The notes beneath the pieces were generated by a model that was not told the origin of the DNA, made no database searches, and saw only the letters and a list, made by a program, of their open reading frames with translations. The position numbers were made by a program, and so were the translations under genes. A stretch of DNA of 63,373 bases from a virus (lineage: Duplodnaviria > Heunggongvirae > Uroviricota > Caudoviricetes), in the IMG/VR virus record IMGVR_UViG_3300028854_000008, positions 1 through 63,373 of that record; one strand, given 5' to 3'. Shown here one piece after another: positions 19,750 to 29,431 of this stretch (position 1 is the first letter of the stretch; each line of letters starts with the position of its first letter).

Positions 19750-20169
19750 ATGATTGTGAAATTTTATACGTTAATTGATATAACTAAAACAAATGTAACA
19801 AGAAATTTTAAATCGCAGGGATCATTATTGTCTCAGCGAGAATGGGATTTTTTGCGCAATAAGCAACGAAATTGGGAAGTAGTTATACAATTGTTAGGAT
19901 TAAGATTTCAGCCAATGAAAATTTCTGATCCAATAAAATTAATAAATCAAAATTATAATGATTATTCTTTTGGTAATGCTTTTTCTGAAGTAAAAAATTT
20001 ATCTATATGGAAATTTTATTGTAACTATGACATAGAAACATCTATAGATTTTTTAATATCTGATTTCAATGATATTCCAATTATAAGTGGATTGGATGAG
20101 ACGATTACTTTAAATAATTCATGTTTCACTACAATCAATGAAAAAACAAATTTGTTAGTAAAAGTATAA
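19750..20169 (+). CDS. Hypothetical late protein
   Basis: 139-aa ORF after the late motif at 19738. Confidence 0.7.
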   Translation: MIVKFYTLIDITKTNVTRNFKSQGSLLSQREWDFLRNKQRNWEVVIQLLGLRFQPMKISDPIKLINQNYNDYSFGNAFSEVKNLSIWKFYCNYDIETSIDFLISDFNDIPIISGLDETITLNNSCFTTINEKTNLLVKV

Positions 20170-20200
20170 ATATATATATAGATGTAGGACGAGGGCTATA

Positions 20201-20473
20201 ATGTCACCAGAATTAGAAAAAACAAACTTAGAAGTCCACATAGAACTAACAAAAATTCGGGATCAAGCAACATCAAAAGCTATTGAAGATATCAATGATA
20301 AAATAACAAATATTCTTGGAGAAATTATAAATTTAAAAAAAGATATAAATATACTAAATGAAAAGAGAAATTCACAAATTATTCATGTTGGAGCAGCAAT
20401 TATTACACTATTGTTGGGTATGTTAGGAGCATTACTAATAAAAGTATTAATTCCTTTGTTTTTGGGGAAATAG
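20201..20473 (+). CDS. Coiled-coil protein with C-terminal transmembrane helix
   Basis: C-terminal hydrophobic IIHVGAAIITLLLGMLGALLIKVLIPLFL. Confidence 0.6.
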   Translation: MSPELEKTNLEVHIELTKIRDQATSKAIEDINDKITNILGEIINLKKDINILNEKRNSQIIHVGAAIITLLLGMLGALLIKVLIPLFLGK

Positions 20474-20481
20474 GACAAAAT

Positions 20482-21645
20482 ATGTTATTAACTGATTTTA
20501 AAAATAACGTTACGATAAATGATTTGAATTCATTATTGCAGGAATATTTTAACTATGATATTCCGTTAGAAAAACTGAATATATCAATAGCTATAAATTT
20601 ATTAGAATCTTCTCGAAAAAAAATTAATGAAGTTAAAAATAGTGAATTATTTCATACGAGTGAAAATAGTCCCTCTTATCTTGGATTACTAACTACCGAA
20701 AAATTGTTGGAAGCTTGGATTGATGCATCTCAAATACACACAGAAGATATTATTAAATTACGAGGAAAGAGCTATTATTTTAGTGGCGGCGATGGCGGCG
20801 ATTGGTATAGAGTTAATAAAACAAGTGATGGAAAAATAGTTTCTAAAATAGTTACTAGCGGTGATATAATTTCTGATTTAAATAATGCTAAAGAAGATAA
20901 AGATGAACTAAAACCAGAATCAAAACCTGAAGTTGGAGATCAATCAGAACAAGAACCAGAGCAAACACAAGTAAATAATGTTGTGCCAAAACAAGTAGAT
21001 TCAGTTCCAACAGAAAATAATCAAGATTGGAAAGATCATGCAACAAATAATATTACTCCTGCTGCTTCTCACGTTGCAAATTTTCTAGGTGCAACAGTTG
21101 GAGCATTTAAAGCTGGTTTGAAGGGAGAAGGAATTCATAAAGATTGGGGGAAAATGCTACCGTCCGTTAATCCAAAAAATATGAAGGAATTGAAAGGTAT
21201 TATTGATAAGGATTTTTTAAATCAAAACACATTTTCAAAATTAAAAGCACCACAAAAAAGTACACTTGAAAAATTTTTCGCATCAATGTATACTCCTGGA
21301 AAAATAATATCACATGATGATGTGATAAATACAATCAAGAAAAATAAGTTATTCTCCAATATTCCACCTGATGTAAAAGCACAAATTGCTGCTATTTCTT
21401 CAGTGTTAAACAAATTTGCACAAAAAACTAATGAAAGCATCATAAAAGACAAAGCAATAAATATGTTGTATGAGAATTTTAATTCTAATATTTCTTATAA
21501 TTCTTTTTCAAAACAGCAGGCCAAATTAATTTTAGAAGATGTATTTGATATTATTGAAGAACTTCATGAAAATAAGCAATATAATAATTCATTAGAAAAA
21601 ATGATTAAAACTGCTAGATCAGTTATTGATTATATTAGAGAATAA
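20482..21645 (+). CDS. Hypothetical protein (possible head-assembly region)
   Basis: 387-aa ORF with recurring xxE motifs. Confidence 0.6.
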   Translation: MLLTDFKNNVTINDLNSLLQEYFNYDIPLEKLNISIAINLLESSRKKINEVKNSELFHTSENSPSYLGLLTTEKLLEAWIDASQIHTEDIIKLRGKSYYFSGGDGGDWYRVNKTSDGKIVSKIVTSGDIISDLNNAKEDKDELKPESKPEVGDQSEQEPEQTQVNNVVPKQVDSVPTENNQDWKDHATNNITPAASHVANFLGATVGAFKAGLKGEGIHKDWGKMLPSVNPKNMKELKGIIDKDFLNQNTFSKLKAPQKSTLEKFFASMYTPGKIISHDDVINTIKKNKLFSNIPPDVKAQIAAISSVLNKFAQKTNESIIKDKAINMLYENFNSNISYNSFSKQQAKLILEDVFDIIEELHENKQYNNSLEKMIKTARSVIDYIRE

Positions 21646-21756
21646 TATATGATAATTTGTAACACAAAAATTTTATAAAGCGATCAATTATTGTTCATAA
21701 CAATTTTAGATAAATACATTATGGAATTAAATATTTAACAGATTCAGGAAAAATAT

Positions 21757-22593
21757 ATGAAAAAATTGGTTGAAAATGTAATTAAAAGTAGAGCAAGACA
21801 GATGTTACGAGAAGGCGAAGTAGAGAATGCTGAGTCTGTATTGGCTGCTAAAGATTTGGTTGATCGCCTTCAAGATACTATTGAAGAACTTGGAAAAATG
21901 TCTAATGATGAATTGCCCCATCTTGTTGACGCCATCAGAAGCAGTTTAGGAACTGACAAAGCTACAGCTTATCAGCAATCCGCTAGTTCTGTAATAAATT
22001 CTTTGCTTGATTCTGTTAAAGAAAAGAAGACTGAATTAGAAAATGCAACGCTTGTTCTATCAGGTGATGCAACTGCTGATACTTCTTCTGATTTAACATT
22101 ACCTGATGATGAATCTGGGGAAGATGTTCCAGAAATGGATTCAGATGCATTAGATAATGATTTCGCTGAACCATCTAAGACAAAAAATCCACTTGGTCGT
22201 GAACAAAGAATGCCAGCAAAAGAAAGTCTTCGTAGAAAATTTAATAAAAAATTAAATGAAGGGTTGGCGGAATCAAAGAAAATGCTGAATGCAAAGATTA
22301 TTGCAATTTCTGAAGCTTTGAAGAAGACAGATAAAAAGAAAAAGCCAATTGTTGCAAAAAGACTGGCTGAAGCATTGAGAAGTCTTGTAACTGAAGCGAT
22401 TAAGAAAGAAGCTAAAGATATAAAAAAAGTAAAAAAATTAGATAAGAAGAAAAAAGTAACAGAAACACGAGTTGCAGCCACAGTTGCAGCAAAAAAGAAA
22501 GAACAACCAGAAAAATATTGCAAAAATAAGACCTGTTTATATAGAACTGATGCAGATTATTGTCCAAAACATAAACAAACAGAAAAGAAATAA
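21757..22593 (+). CDS. Putative scaffold/prohead-core-like protein
   Basis: Helical N-terminus, acidic linker, Lys-rich tail; late motif at 21710. Confidence 0.45.
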   Translation: MKKLVENVIKSRARQMLREGEVENAESVLAAKDLVDRLQDTIEELGKMSNDELPHLVDAIRSSLGTDKATAYQQSASSVINSLLDSVKEKKTELENATLVLSGDATADTSSDLTLPDDESGEDVPEMDSDALDNDFAEPSKTKNPLGREQRMPAKESLRRKFNKKLNEGLAESKKMLNAKIIAISEALKKTDKKKKPIVAKRLAEALRSLVTEAIKKEAKDIKKVKKLDKKKKVTETRVAATVAAKKKEQPEKYCKNKTCLYRTDADYCPKHKQTEKK

Positions 22594-22605
22594 TATAGAG
22601 GAAAA

Positions 22606-23601
22606 ATGAAATTTATTTATTTGAGTATTGTTGGCTTATTATTTTCGATTTCTATGTTATCTGCTCAAAATATTTCACCAAAGCAAATTAAATGGCCTCT
22701 TATTACCGGTAGTGGTTCTCCCAGTGTTGTTGGGGCCATATGTAACTCTTCTAATTATGCTCAATCATATCAAGATATATCTGAGACTCCAAATGTTCGT
22801 TATCATTGCTCAACTGATGGATGGGAATTGGAATTTAATATCACCCAATCAGGAATAGAGTATTTGCGCCCAACAGTCGATACTAATAACCCAACATTAG
22901 TTGGAAATATAACCGGTACTTGTAGTGGTATTGGATTTAATGAAGTAGCAATAGGTCCATTAGATGCTGTATATACTGGAAAATCTGGCAACGGGCCAGT
23001 TGGACCATCAGCAACTCAAACCATAACAGGATTAAGTACATTGCCTACATATGGAGGATCTTACACTTCTATAATATTTTCAAATTGGCAACCAACAACC
23101 AATACTTACAACGGATTAGTACTGAATGTTGTTGCAGAAACATCAGGTGGGTTTGGAACAGGATCATGGTTAGCATATAGTACTGATGGTGGGGTTACTT
23201 GGAATTATGATCATATAAATGGAGGCGCTTTATTTCCAACATTAACAACTAGATCGTTTATCATTACTGGGGCTACACTTTCTAATCTTCAAGTATCTAT
23301 TTGCGCTGAAGCTAATGGTACTTTGTCGTCTCATAATACAACCAATACAATTGAAGATGTGTGGACTACTGGAACCTATGGTGGAAGTGTTGTTAAAGCA
23401 TCGTTATTTCAATCTTCTATAATTTATAGTGCTGCATTAACTCCATTGCCAGCATGTTCTTCTTCTTTGGTTGGATCACGAGCAGTGGTCAGTGATGCAA
23501 CGATTCCTACATATATGGGAACTTATGCAAGCGGTGGAGCAATTACAGCAGAAGTGATATGTAGTTATGATGGAAGTTCATATGCGTGGAAAACAAATTA
23601 A
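22606..23601 (+). CDS. Beta-rich fibre/adhesin-like protein with signal-peptide-like N-terminus
   Basis: MKFIYLSIVGLLFSISMLSAQ; Thr/Gly/Ser-rich body. Confidence 0.55.
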   Translation: MKFIYLSIVGLLFSISMLSAQNISPKQIKWPLITGSGSPSVVGAICNSSNYAQSYQDISETPNVRYHCSTDGWELEFNITQSGIEYLRPTVDTNNPTLVGNITGTCSGIGFNEVAIGPLDAVYTGKSGNGPVGPSATQTITGLSTLPTYGGSYTSIIFSNWQPTTNTYNGLVLNVVAETSGGFGTGSWLAYSTDGGVTWNYDHINGGALFPTLTTRSFIITGATLSNLQVSICAEANGTLSSHNTTNTIEDVWTTGTYGGSVVKASLFQSSIIYSAALTPLPACSSSLVGSRAVVSDATIPTYMGTYASGGAITAEVICSYDGSSYAWKTN

Positions 23602-23615
23602 ATCGGAGTTATTCA

Positions 23616-24086
23616 ATGCCTCAAAATAATAAAAAAATTGATCCAATTTTGAAAAATACTTTAATTTCAGTTCTTGCTTTTTTAAAACACAAAGCAGAGG
23701 ATAAAGGATTATCTCCAGTTATTAGTGTAACCAAACTAGTTGATTTGCTTAAATCTTCTGGAATGACAATTACTTATCAACAATTATTGGATATGACTCA
23801 TGATCAATCTATTTCTAAATCTATTAAATCCATCAATAAAAATCAAGTAACAATTTCTTTGGGAGGAGAGGAAAATGAGGAGCAACCATTGCAAGATTTT
23901 GGTGGAGAGCCAGAAAGCAGCGAAGATGAATTTAATCCAGATGATTTTCAAGCTCCTGAAGAAGATGAAGAGGGAGAAAATCCAGAAGCTGCTCCTGTTG
24001 AAAATGAAGCTGAACCGAATCAATATGGAAGACAAAAGAGCATAGTTGGCTCAATGGCTCATAGAGCTATGTCTCGACCAGATTAA
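23616..24086 (+). CDS. Hypothetical protein with acidic tail
   Basis: Probable ATG 23616 after GGAG. Confidence 0.6.
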   Translation: MPQNNKKIDPILKNTLISVLAFLKHKAEDKGLSPVISVTKLVDLLKSSGMTITYQQLLDMTHDQSISKSIKSINKNQVTISLGGEENEEQPLQDFGGEPESSEDEFNPDDFQAPEEDEEGENPEAAPVENEAEPNQYGRQKSIVGSMAHRAMSRPD

Positions 24087-24131
24087 TTAAATAACTCTTG
24101 ACTTTTATGTATAACTTGTTATAATTAATTT

Positions 24132-24827
24132 ATGTTAGTAGAAAAATTCCCATATAAACAATTATCTCGTGATACTATCAATGGTAAGAGATTTTATTCT
24201 TGTCCTGATGGTAGAAAATTGCCCAGCGTAACAACTATTTTATCTGCAACAAAAACCTCAGAAACACAAGAAGCATTAAATAATTGGAAAAATAGGATTG
24301 GTAAAGTCAAAGCTGCTGAAGTATTGGTAGAATCATCTGGAAGAGGAACACGCCTTCACTCTTTTTTGGAAAAATATATTTTAACTGGAAATACTGGAAT
24401 CCCTGGAACGAATCCTTATTCGATTCAAAGTCATAGTATGGCAAATCATATAATTAAAAATAGTTTATGTAATGCAACAGAATTTTATGGCTGCGAAATT
24501 GGATTATTTTATCCAACTATATATGCAGGATCAACTGATTGTATTGCATTATATGAGGGAGAAATAGTAATCTTGGATTTTAAGCAAAGTAATAAATTAA
24601 AAAAAGAAAGTTATTTAGATGAGTATCGCGCACAACTTTGTGCATATATGTTGGCGCATGATGAACTATATGGAACAAAAATAACTCGTGGAATTAATAT
24701 GATTTGCACCCCAGATTTACAATATCAACAATTTGAAATTAATAAACATAATTATAATAAGTATGCCGACTTGTGGTGGGAAAAATTAGAACAATATTAT
24801 GAACAGGAGATTCTCAATGGCGAATGA
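24132..24827 (+). CDS. PD-(D/E)xK exonuclease (lambda-exo/Cas4/MGME1-like)
   Basis: LPSVTTIL, RGTRLH, YAGSTDCI, ILDFKQS, AQLCAY. Confidence 0.85.
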   Translation: MLVEKFPYKQLSRDTINGKRFYSCPDGRKLPSVTTILSATKTSETQEALNNWKNRIGKVKAAEVLVESSGRGTRLHSFLEKYILTGNTGIPGTNPYSIQSHSMANHIIKNSLCNATEFYGCEIGLFYPTIYAGSTDCIALYEGEIVILDFKQSNKLKKESYLDEYRAQLCAYMLAHDELYGTKITRGINMICTPDLQYQQFEINKHNYNKYADLWWEKLEQYYEQEILNGE

Positions 24828-25245
24828 TAAAATTAAATGGCTGGGAAAACCTGAAGAAAGAATTTTAAGCATTAGGAAATTTAGAAAATATATCGATACA
24901 ATACCATTCCATCAAGCAGTTAAATTTACGCAAGAAAATTGGATCAATTGCCCAAGAATAAATAATTTACAGTTTGATATTACTGAAGTGGACCAATGGC
25001 CAACTCCTTGGGAATTATTTGGCAACTCAGTATTTTGCCAAAATTCTCAAGTGCTAGGAGCATTTTATACATTAATTTTAAGTAAACACATTGACGTTCA
25101 TACAATTGAATTGATCATTGTTGATGATATTATTAATGGTGTCAAAGGAGCAATTGTTTTAGATAAAAGCCCATTGAAATTGATTCAAGGAACACCATTA
25201 AAAACAATATCAATATCTGACTTAACAAACAAATTAGGAGAATAA
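24799..25245 (+). CDS. Hypothetical protein
   Basis: 148-aa ORF. Confidence 0.6.
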   Translation: MNRRFSMANDKIKWLGKPEERILSIRKFRKYIDTIPFHQAVKFTQENWINCPRINNLQFDITEVDQWPTPWELFGNSVFCQNSQVLGAFYTLILSKHIDVHTIELIIVDDIINGVKGAIVLDKSPLKLIQGTPLKTISISDLTNKLGE

Positions 25246-25247
25246 AT

Positions 25248-25550
25248 ATGGAAGATGAAATTTATAGTTTTAAACTTACAACTGGAGAAGAAATTATTTC
25301 AAAATTAATAGGAGAACATTGGAACAATGATTATCTCATTTTGGATGAACCCAGAACATTAATGATGGGACAAAATGGAAATTTGAGTTTAGCTCCAGTA
25401 TTATTTTCGGCTGACCCCACGCATCATATATTTTTATCTAAATCTGCTATTGCTTGCTGGTCTAAATACATTAGAGAAGAATTAAAAACTGGATACTTGA
25501 GTTCAGTATCAAAATTGGTAATTCCAAATAAAAATATTATAATGGGGTAA
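25248..25550 (+). CDS. Small Sm/SH3-like phage protein
   Basis: SFKLTTGEEIISK pattern typical of small T4-like beta-barrel proteins. Confidence 0.45.
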   Translation: MEDEIYSFKLTTGEEIISKLIGEHWNNDYLILDEPRTLMMGQNGNLSLAPVLFSADPTHHIFLSKSAIACWSKYIREELKTGYLSSVSKLVIPNKNIIMG

Positions 25551-25551
25551 T

Positions 25552-25800
25552 ATGCCTTCTTTGGCTAGAATAACTGATAAAGATAGTAATGGGGATGCTA
25601 TTACTAACGCATCGCTGTCTGTTATATGCGATAATCTTTATGCAGCCAGAAAAGGAAGCATATTGTCTGGTGGAGATTCTATATTAAGTGGGAGTTCATC
25701 AGTTAATATAGAAAATCAACCAGCAGCTATTGTTGGATCGAAAACTAAAAAAGGTTATACTATAATTAAAGGAAGTCAAACAGTATTTGTGGGGAATTAA
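25552..25800 (+). CDS. PAAR-domain baseplate spike tip (gp5.4-like)
   Basis: MPSLARITD...GSSSVNIENQPAAIVGS...GSQTVFVG. Confidence 0.8.
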   Translation: MPSLARITDKDSNGDAITNASLSVICDNLYAARKGSILSGGDSILSGSSSVNIENQPAAIVGSKTKKGYTIIKGSQTVFVGN

Positions 25801-27588
25801 ATGAGTAATTCATTGTCAGGTTTTCAAATTATGGCCGCGCAAGGTTTATTAAATGGTAATGGATTGGCTCCTCCAAATATTTCAGCAAACCTTGCGTTAT
25901 ATAATTCGTTTGCTCCTGTAAATAATTTTATTACAATTTATAATAATGCAAATGCAGCCAATGTAACTTTGCCAAATACATTATTATTGCAAAGTATTGG
26001 AGCTAATACATTTCCTCATATTTTTGGGCAAGTACCGTTTGATTTTAGTTCTGCTTTGACTCCAGGACTTTTATTTAATAAAATACCACCTAGAATTTCT
26101 TATTGGTTCGGTAATGTTGCATCCAATAGTATTTTAATACAAGTTTTAAATCAAGCACAAGTTTATTCACAGCAATCTTCTGATTTAATTAATAGTGCAG
26201 CATCTACTCAATGGCCAAATGGTCCTTCTTCAACTGCTTCTGGAGGATTTTCATCAATTGCAGGAAATAATATAACTGCTGTATCATTAGCTTTTCAACA
26301 ATTGGGTACATTGATGGATATGTCTGTTCCATTAAATGGATTTAGTAATGCTGGATGTTTTAAACAAATTTTGGATTCAGGTAATGATAGTATAGGAAAC
26401 TTGCATTTAAATTTTTTTGGAAAAACTTTCATTGATCCAATAACAGGAAATTCATATATTATTAATGCTGATTTACTAAATTTAATAATTGATAATCCAA
26501 TGGGAAGAAACGATGATGATTCATTTCAAGTTGTTGCTCTTAATCCATTGGATTTATTGCTGGGAACTATGGCAAATTCTGCTTTAACTGCAACTGGTGA
26601 CTTGGATGCTGTTGTAACATTTTTTAAAATTAATGGTTCTGCTGCATCATTAATAAATCAGTGGACTGATTGCTTAAATATTCCGTTCATGCTTGGAACA
26701 CAAGCAGCTACAGAAATTAGAACATCTTTAAATTTAAATTCCACTGATATTTTTGATGCATATGATTTTATAAAATTACTAATTTCTAATATTAAAGGTC
26801 TAAGTAATTTAATATCATTGGCTGATCTGGGAACAATAATGAGTCATATTTCTTTATTGCCAAACTCAAATTTATCAGCAATGATTTCTCCATTATCAAA
26901 TACAGATTATAGTAATTTGCAAGCGACTATGGGAAAAGGTTCAGGGGCCAATGGCAATCCAACTGTTGCTGATATATTGGGATCTACGAATCTAAATGAT
27001 GCATTAGTTAATACAATGATTGGCTTTTCTCCATTACTTATTACTTCTTTATGGGCTAATATAAGTTCAGACACTGGAAATATAGCAAATGCATTATTGC
27101 ATGGAATATCTTCTCCAGTGTTTTTAAGTAATGGAAATTCTTATACTGATATAAACTCACTGAGTTCAAATGCTGTAATATTAATAAATCAAGAATCTTT
27201 AACATTAACTAACGAAGTGTCGAATCCAAATTTATTTTCAGACTATAATGGAATAGCAGAAACTCATAATAATAGTATTTTACTATCCCCAATTGATGGC
27301 GTTGATACTTGGGATTTAACACCAGATAATATTTCATTATCTGGATTTCCTCAGCAATTAGCTTCCATGGCAATAGAAAATGTAGAAATATCTGGATTAG
27401 ATGTCATTATTCCTTTATTTGACTCAACTGTTGTTGGGCAAGCATTAAATGCAATTGTTATTGAAGCTATTAATAATAGAGCATTATCTAATGCTGGATT
27501 AATGGGAAGTAGTTTCGATGCAAATCCAACAACTTTGGCAACTTCTCCAACCGGCACAAATACTATAGGTGGCGGCAGAATAAAATAA
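25801..27588 (+). CDS. Putative baseplate/tail structural protein
   Basis: 595 aa, Asn/Ser/Ala-rich, follows PAAR. Confidence 0.5.
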   Translation: MSNSLSGFQIMAAQGLLNGNGLAPPNISANLALYNSFAPVNNFITIYNNANAANVTLPNTLLLQSIGANTFPHIFGQVPFDFSSALTPGLLFNKIPPRISYWFGNVASNSILIQVLNQAQVYSQQSSDLINSAASTQWPNGPSSTASGGFSSIAGNNITAVSLAFQQLGTLMDMSVPLNGFSNAGCFKQILDSGNDSIGNLHLNFFGKTFIDPITGNSYIINADLLNLIIDNPMGRNDDDSFQVVALNPLDLLLGTMANSALTATGDLDAVVTFFKINGSAASLINQWTDCLNIPFMLGTQAATEIRTSLNLNSTDIFDAYDFIKLLISNIKGLSNLISLADLGTIMSHISLLPNSNLSAMISPLSNTDYSNLQATMGKGSGANGNPTVADILGSTNLNDALVNTMIGFSPLLITSLWANISSDTGNIANALLHGISSPVFLSNGNSYTDINSLSSNAVILINQESLTLTNEVSNPNLFSDYNGIAETHNNSILLSPIDGVDTWDLTPDNISLSGFPQQLASMAIENVEISGLDVIIPLFDSTVVGQALNAIVIEAINNRALSNAGLMGSSFDANPTTLATSPTGTNTIGGGRIK

Positions 27589-27626
27589 TTCTTGACTTGC
27601 TTAACTATTTGTGTTAAAATCATTAA

Positions 27627-28076
27627 ATGACTAGAAAATACATAAATCTCGCAATATTGGGAAGTTTTTTGCTTTTTGGGATGACTGTTAAAGCAGAAAC
27701 TTATACCTCTAAAGACGTAACGTGTCTAGCCTCTGCCATTTATTATGAAAGCAATGGAGAACCATTAAAAGGGCAATATGCAATTGGTGAAGTTATTATG
27801 AATCGACTTCACGCAAGAATCTCAAACTCAATTTGTGGAATTGTTAATCAGCATGTTGGCAAGCATTGGCAATTTGGATTCAACTCTCAAAAAAATAAAA
27901 GAATTCCAAATAATCATCTTGATTATTTTTTAATGATTGCTCAGCATGTAATAGATGGGTCAGACAATTTGATTTTGCCCAAATATGTTCTATATTTCAA
28001 TAATCTTCCATTTCACTCTAAAAAATATCATTTATACTGCAAAATAGGACACCAATTATTTTTCGTAAAGCATTGA
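27627..28076 (+). CDS. Cell wall hydrolase (SleB/Hydrolase_2)
   Basis: Signal peptide; CLASAIYYESNGEPLKGQYAIGEVIMNR; KIGHQLF. Confidence 0.85.
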   Translation: MTRKYINLAILGSFLLFGMTVKAETYTSKDVTCLASAIYYESNGEPLKGQYAIGEVIMNRLHARISNSICGIVNQHVGKHWQFGFNSQKNKRIPNNHLDYFLMIAQHVIDGSDNLILPKYVLYFNNLPFHSKKYHLYCKIGHQLFFVKH

Positions 28077-28098
28077 AAACAATAACTTTAAAAAATAG

Positions 28099-28127
28099 TT
28101 GACATTTTTAATTTTTTGTTGTAATAT
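28099..28127 (+). promoter_or_regulatory. sigma70-like promoter with upstream conserved element
   Basis: TTGACA at 28099; CATTGAAAACAATAACTT just upstream. Confidence 0.55.
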
Positions 28128-28133
28128 TTAGAT

Positions 28134-28343
28134 ATGAATGATACTGACTCAAATAAGAAAATCGTGAATGTCAATCAGATTGTCGAAGCAATCGAAAAAG
28201 CCAATATTGTACTCGAACGAGCGAAAGCCTCTGGAAATGTTGAAGCAATTTCCACTTGGACTCGAATCTTGGCTAGTCTTCAATGGCGCTGGCGTGATGC
28301 TAAAATTGAAATGGATACTCATGGTAGATATTCATTTCAGTAA
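28134..28343 (+). CDS. Hypothetical protein
   Basis: 69-aa ORF after the promoter. Confidence 0.6.
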   Translation: MNDTDSNKKIVNVNQIVEAIEKANIVLERAKASGNVEAISTWTRILASLQWRWRDAKIEMDTHGRYSFQ

Positions 28344-28351
28344 AAGATAAT

Positions 28352-28477
28352 ATGACCAAAACGCTAACCTATATTGTGTTGGCATCAAAATGGCGTCAAT
28401 TTAAGAATGAAGATAAACTTTGGGAACTGTCTTTGGAAAATATTGAAAAGTTTCTTGAAGAAAGATTGGCAAAATAA
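28352..28477 (+). CDS. W-motif family member 1, 41 aa (not in ORF track)
   Basis: ...EDKLWELSLENIEKFLEERLAK; TAATG coupling to the next gene. Confidence 0.55.
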   Translation: MTKTLTYIVLASKWRQFKNEDKLWELSLENIEKFLEERLAK

Positions 28478-28710
28478 TGGAATATAAAGAATTAGTATTA
28501 TCTGTATATTCTGATGCTAAAATAGTAAACATTACAGGACAGCATCGCCATGATTTACGAGATGTAACTCAAGAAAATAGCAATTTTGTTGGAATAAAGA
28601 CCGCAAGAAAATATCTTGCTTATGGATACGCCTGCGGAAGCGAAAATGAACTTTGGCATCGAGTATGGATTAGAATACAGCAAGAATTGGAAAGAAAGCT
28701 TTCAAAATGA
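28477..28710 (+). CDS. W-motif family member 2
   Basis: YKELVLSVYSDA...LWHRVWIRIQQELERKLSK. Confidence 0.7.
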   Translation: MEYKELVLSVYSDAKIVNITGQHRHDLRDVTQENSNFVGIKTARKYLAYGYACGSENELWHRVWIRIQQELERKLSK

Positions 28711-28940
28711 AATCTTATAAAGCAAGAATTTTACAAATTTATCCAGGTGCTTTATTAATGGCTTCTATGGACGGCGAAGGACTTGTTTATATTGTTGATA
28801 CTTATAAAGGCGCTTTTTCTATTTTAATATTTCGGAATGCTTTTTATGATCAGAAGCTATTTGAAGAATATAAAACATCAATATGGAAGAGTTTATGGTT
28901 AAGACTTCAAGAAGAGTTGGAAAACAAACTAGCAGAATGA
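28707..28940 (+). CDS. W-motif family member 3
   Basis: YKARILQIYPGA...IWKSLWLRLQEELENKLAE. Confidence 0.7.
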   Translation: MKSYKARILQIYPGALLMASMDGEGLVYIVDTYKGAFSILIFRNAFYDQKLFEEYKTSIWKSLWLRLQEELENKLAE

Positions 28941-29116
28941 AAGTTTTGTCAGTTTATCCAACTGCTATTCGTGCAGAATTATCTGGCTGGATAACCATTT
29001 GGGATGGAAATGGTACTGGAATGTTGGCAAAATGTTATCCATATGAAAAGACTAAAGCTTGGGATTTTGCTTGGGAAGAAGTTAAAAAAAGATTGGTGAA
29101 AAAATTGGAAAAATGA
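28937..29116 (+). CDS. W-motif family member 4
   Basis: MKVLSVYPTA...AWDFAWEEVKKRLVKKLEK. Confidence 0.7.
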   Translation: MKVLSVYPTAIRAELSGWITIWDGNGTGMLAKCYPYEKTKAWDFAWEEVKKRLVKKLEK

Positions 29117-29337
29117 AAACTGCTGAAGATCGCGTTATAAAAATGTTTCGTACTGCTTATATTTCCATTCACGAATGGGAAGTGTCCATATGGAGTGGAT
29201 GTGGAAAGGGACGTTTTGCAACAGTAAAACGACAGCCAATTCTCGGAGAATTATCATTGGCAGATGACACCAAAAAAGCTTGGGAAATGGCTTGGGATAA
29301 GATTCAAGAGGATTTAATACAGAAATTGTCTGAATAA
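29113..29337 (+). CDS. W-motif family member 5
   Basis: AEDRVIKMFRTA...AWEMAWDKIQEDLIQKLSE. Confidence 0.7.
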   Translation: MKTAEDRVIKMFRTAYISIHEWEVSIWSGCGKGRFATVKRQPILGELSLADDTKKAWEMAWDKIQEDLIQKLSE

Positions 29338-29376
29338 TGGCAGGCAAGATGCTGAAAACAAACGATTTGTTTACTA

Positions 29377-29405
29377 TTGACATTTAGTGCAAGATTTGAT
29401 ATACT
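29377..29405 (+). promoter_or_regulatory. sigma70-like promoter
   Basis: TTGACA-N17-TATACT. Confidence 0.75.
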
Positions 29406-29431
29406 TTATATAGTGAAAGAGGATATAAACG

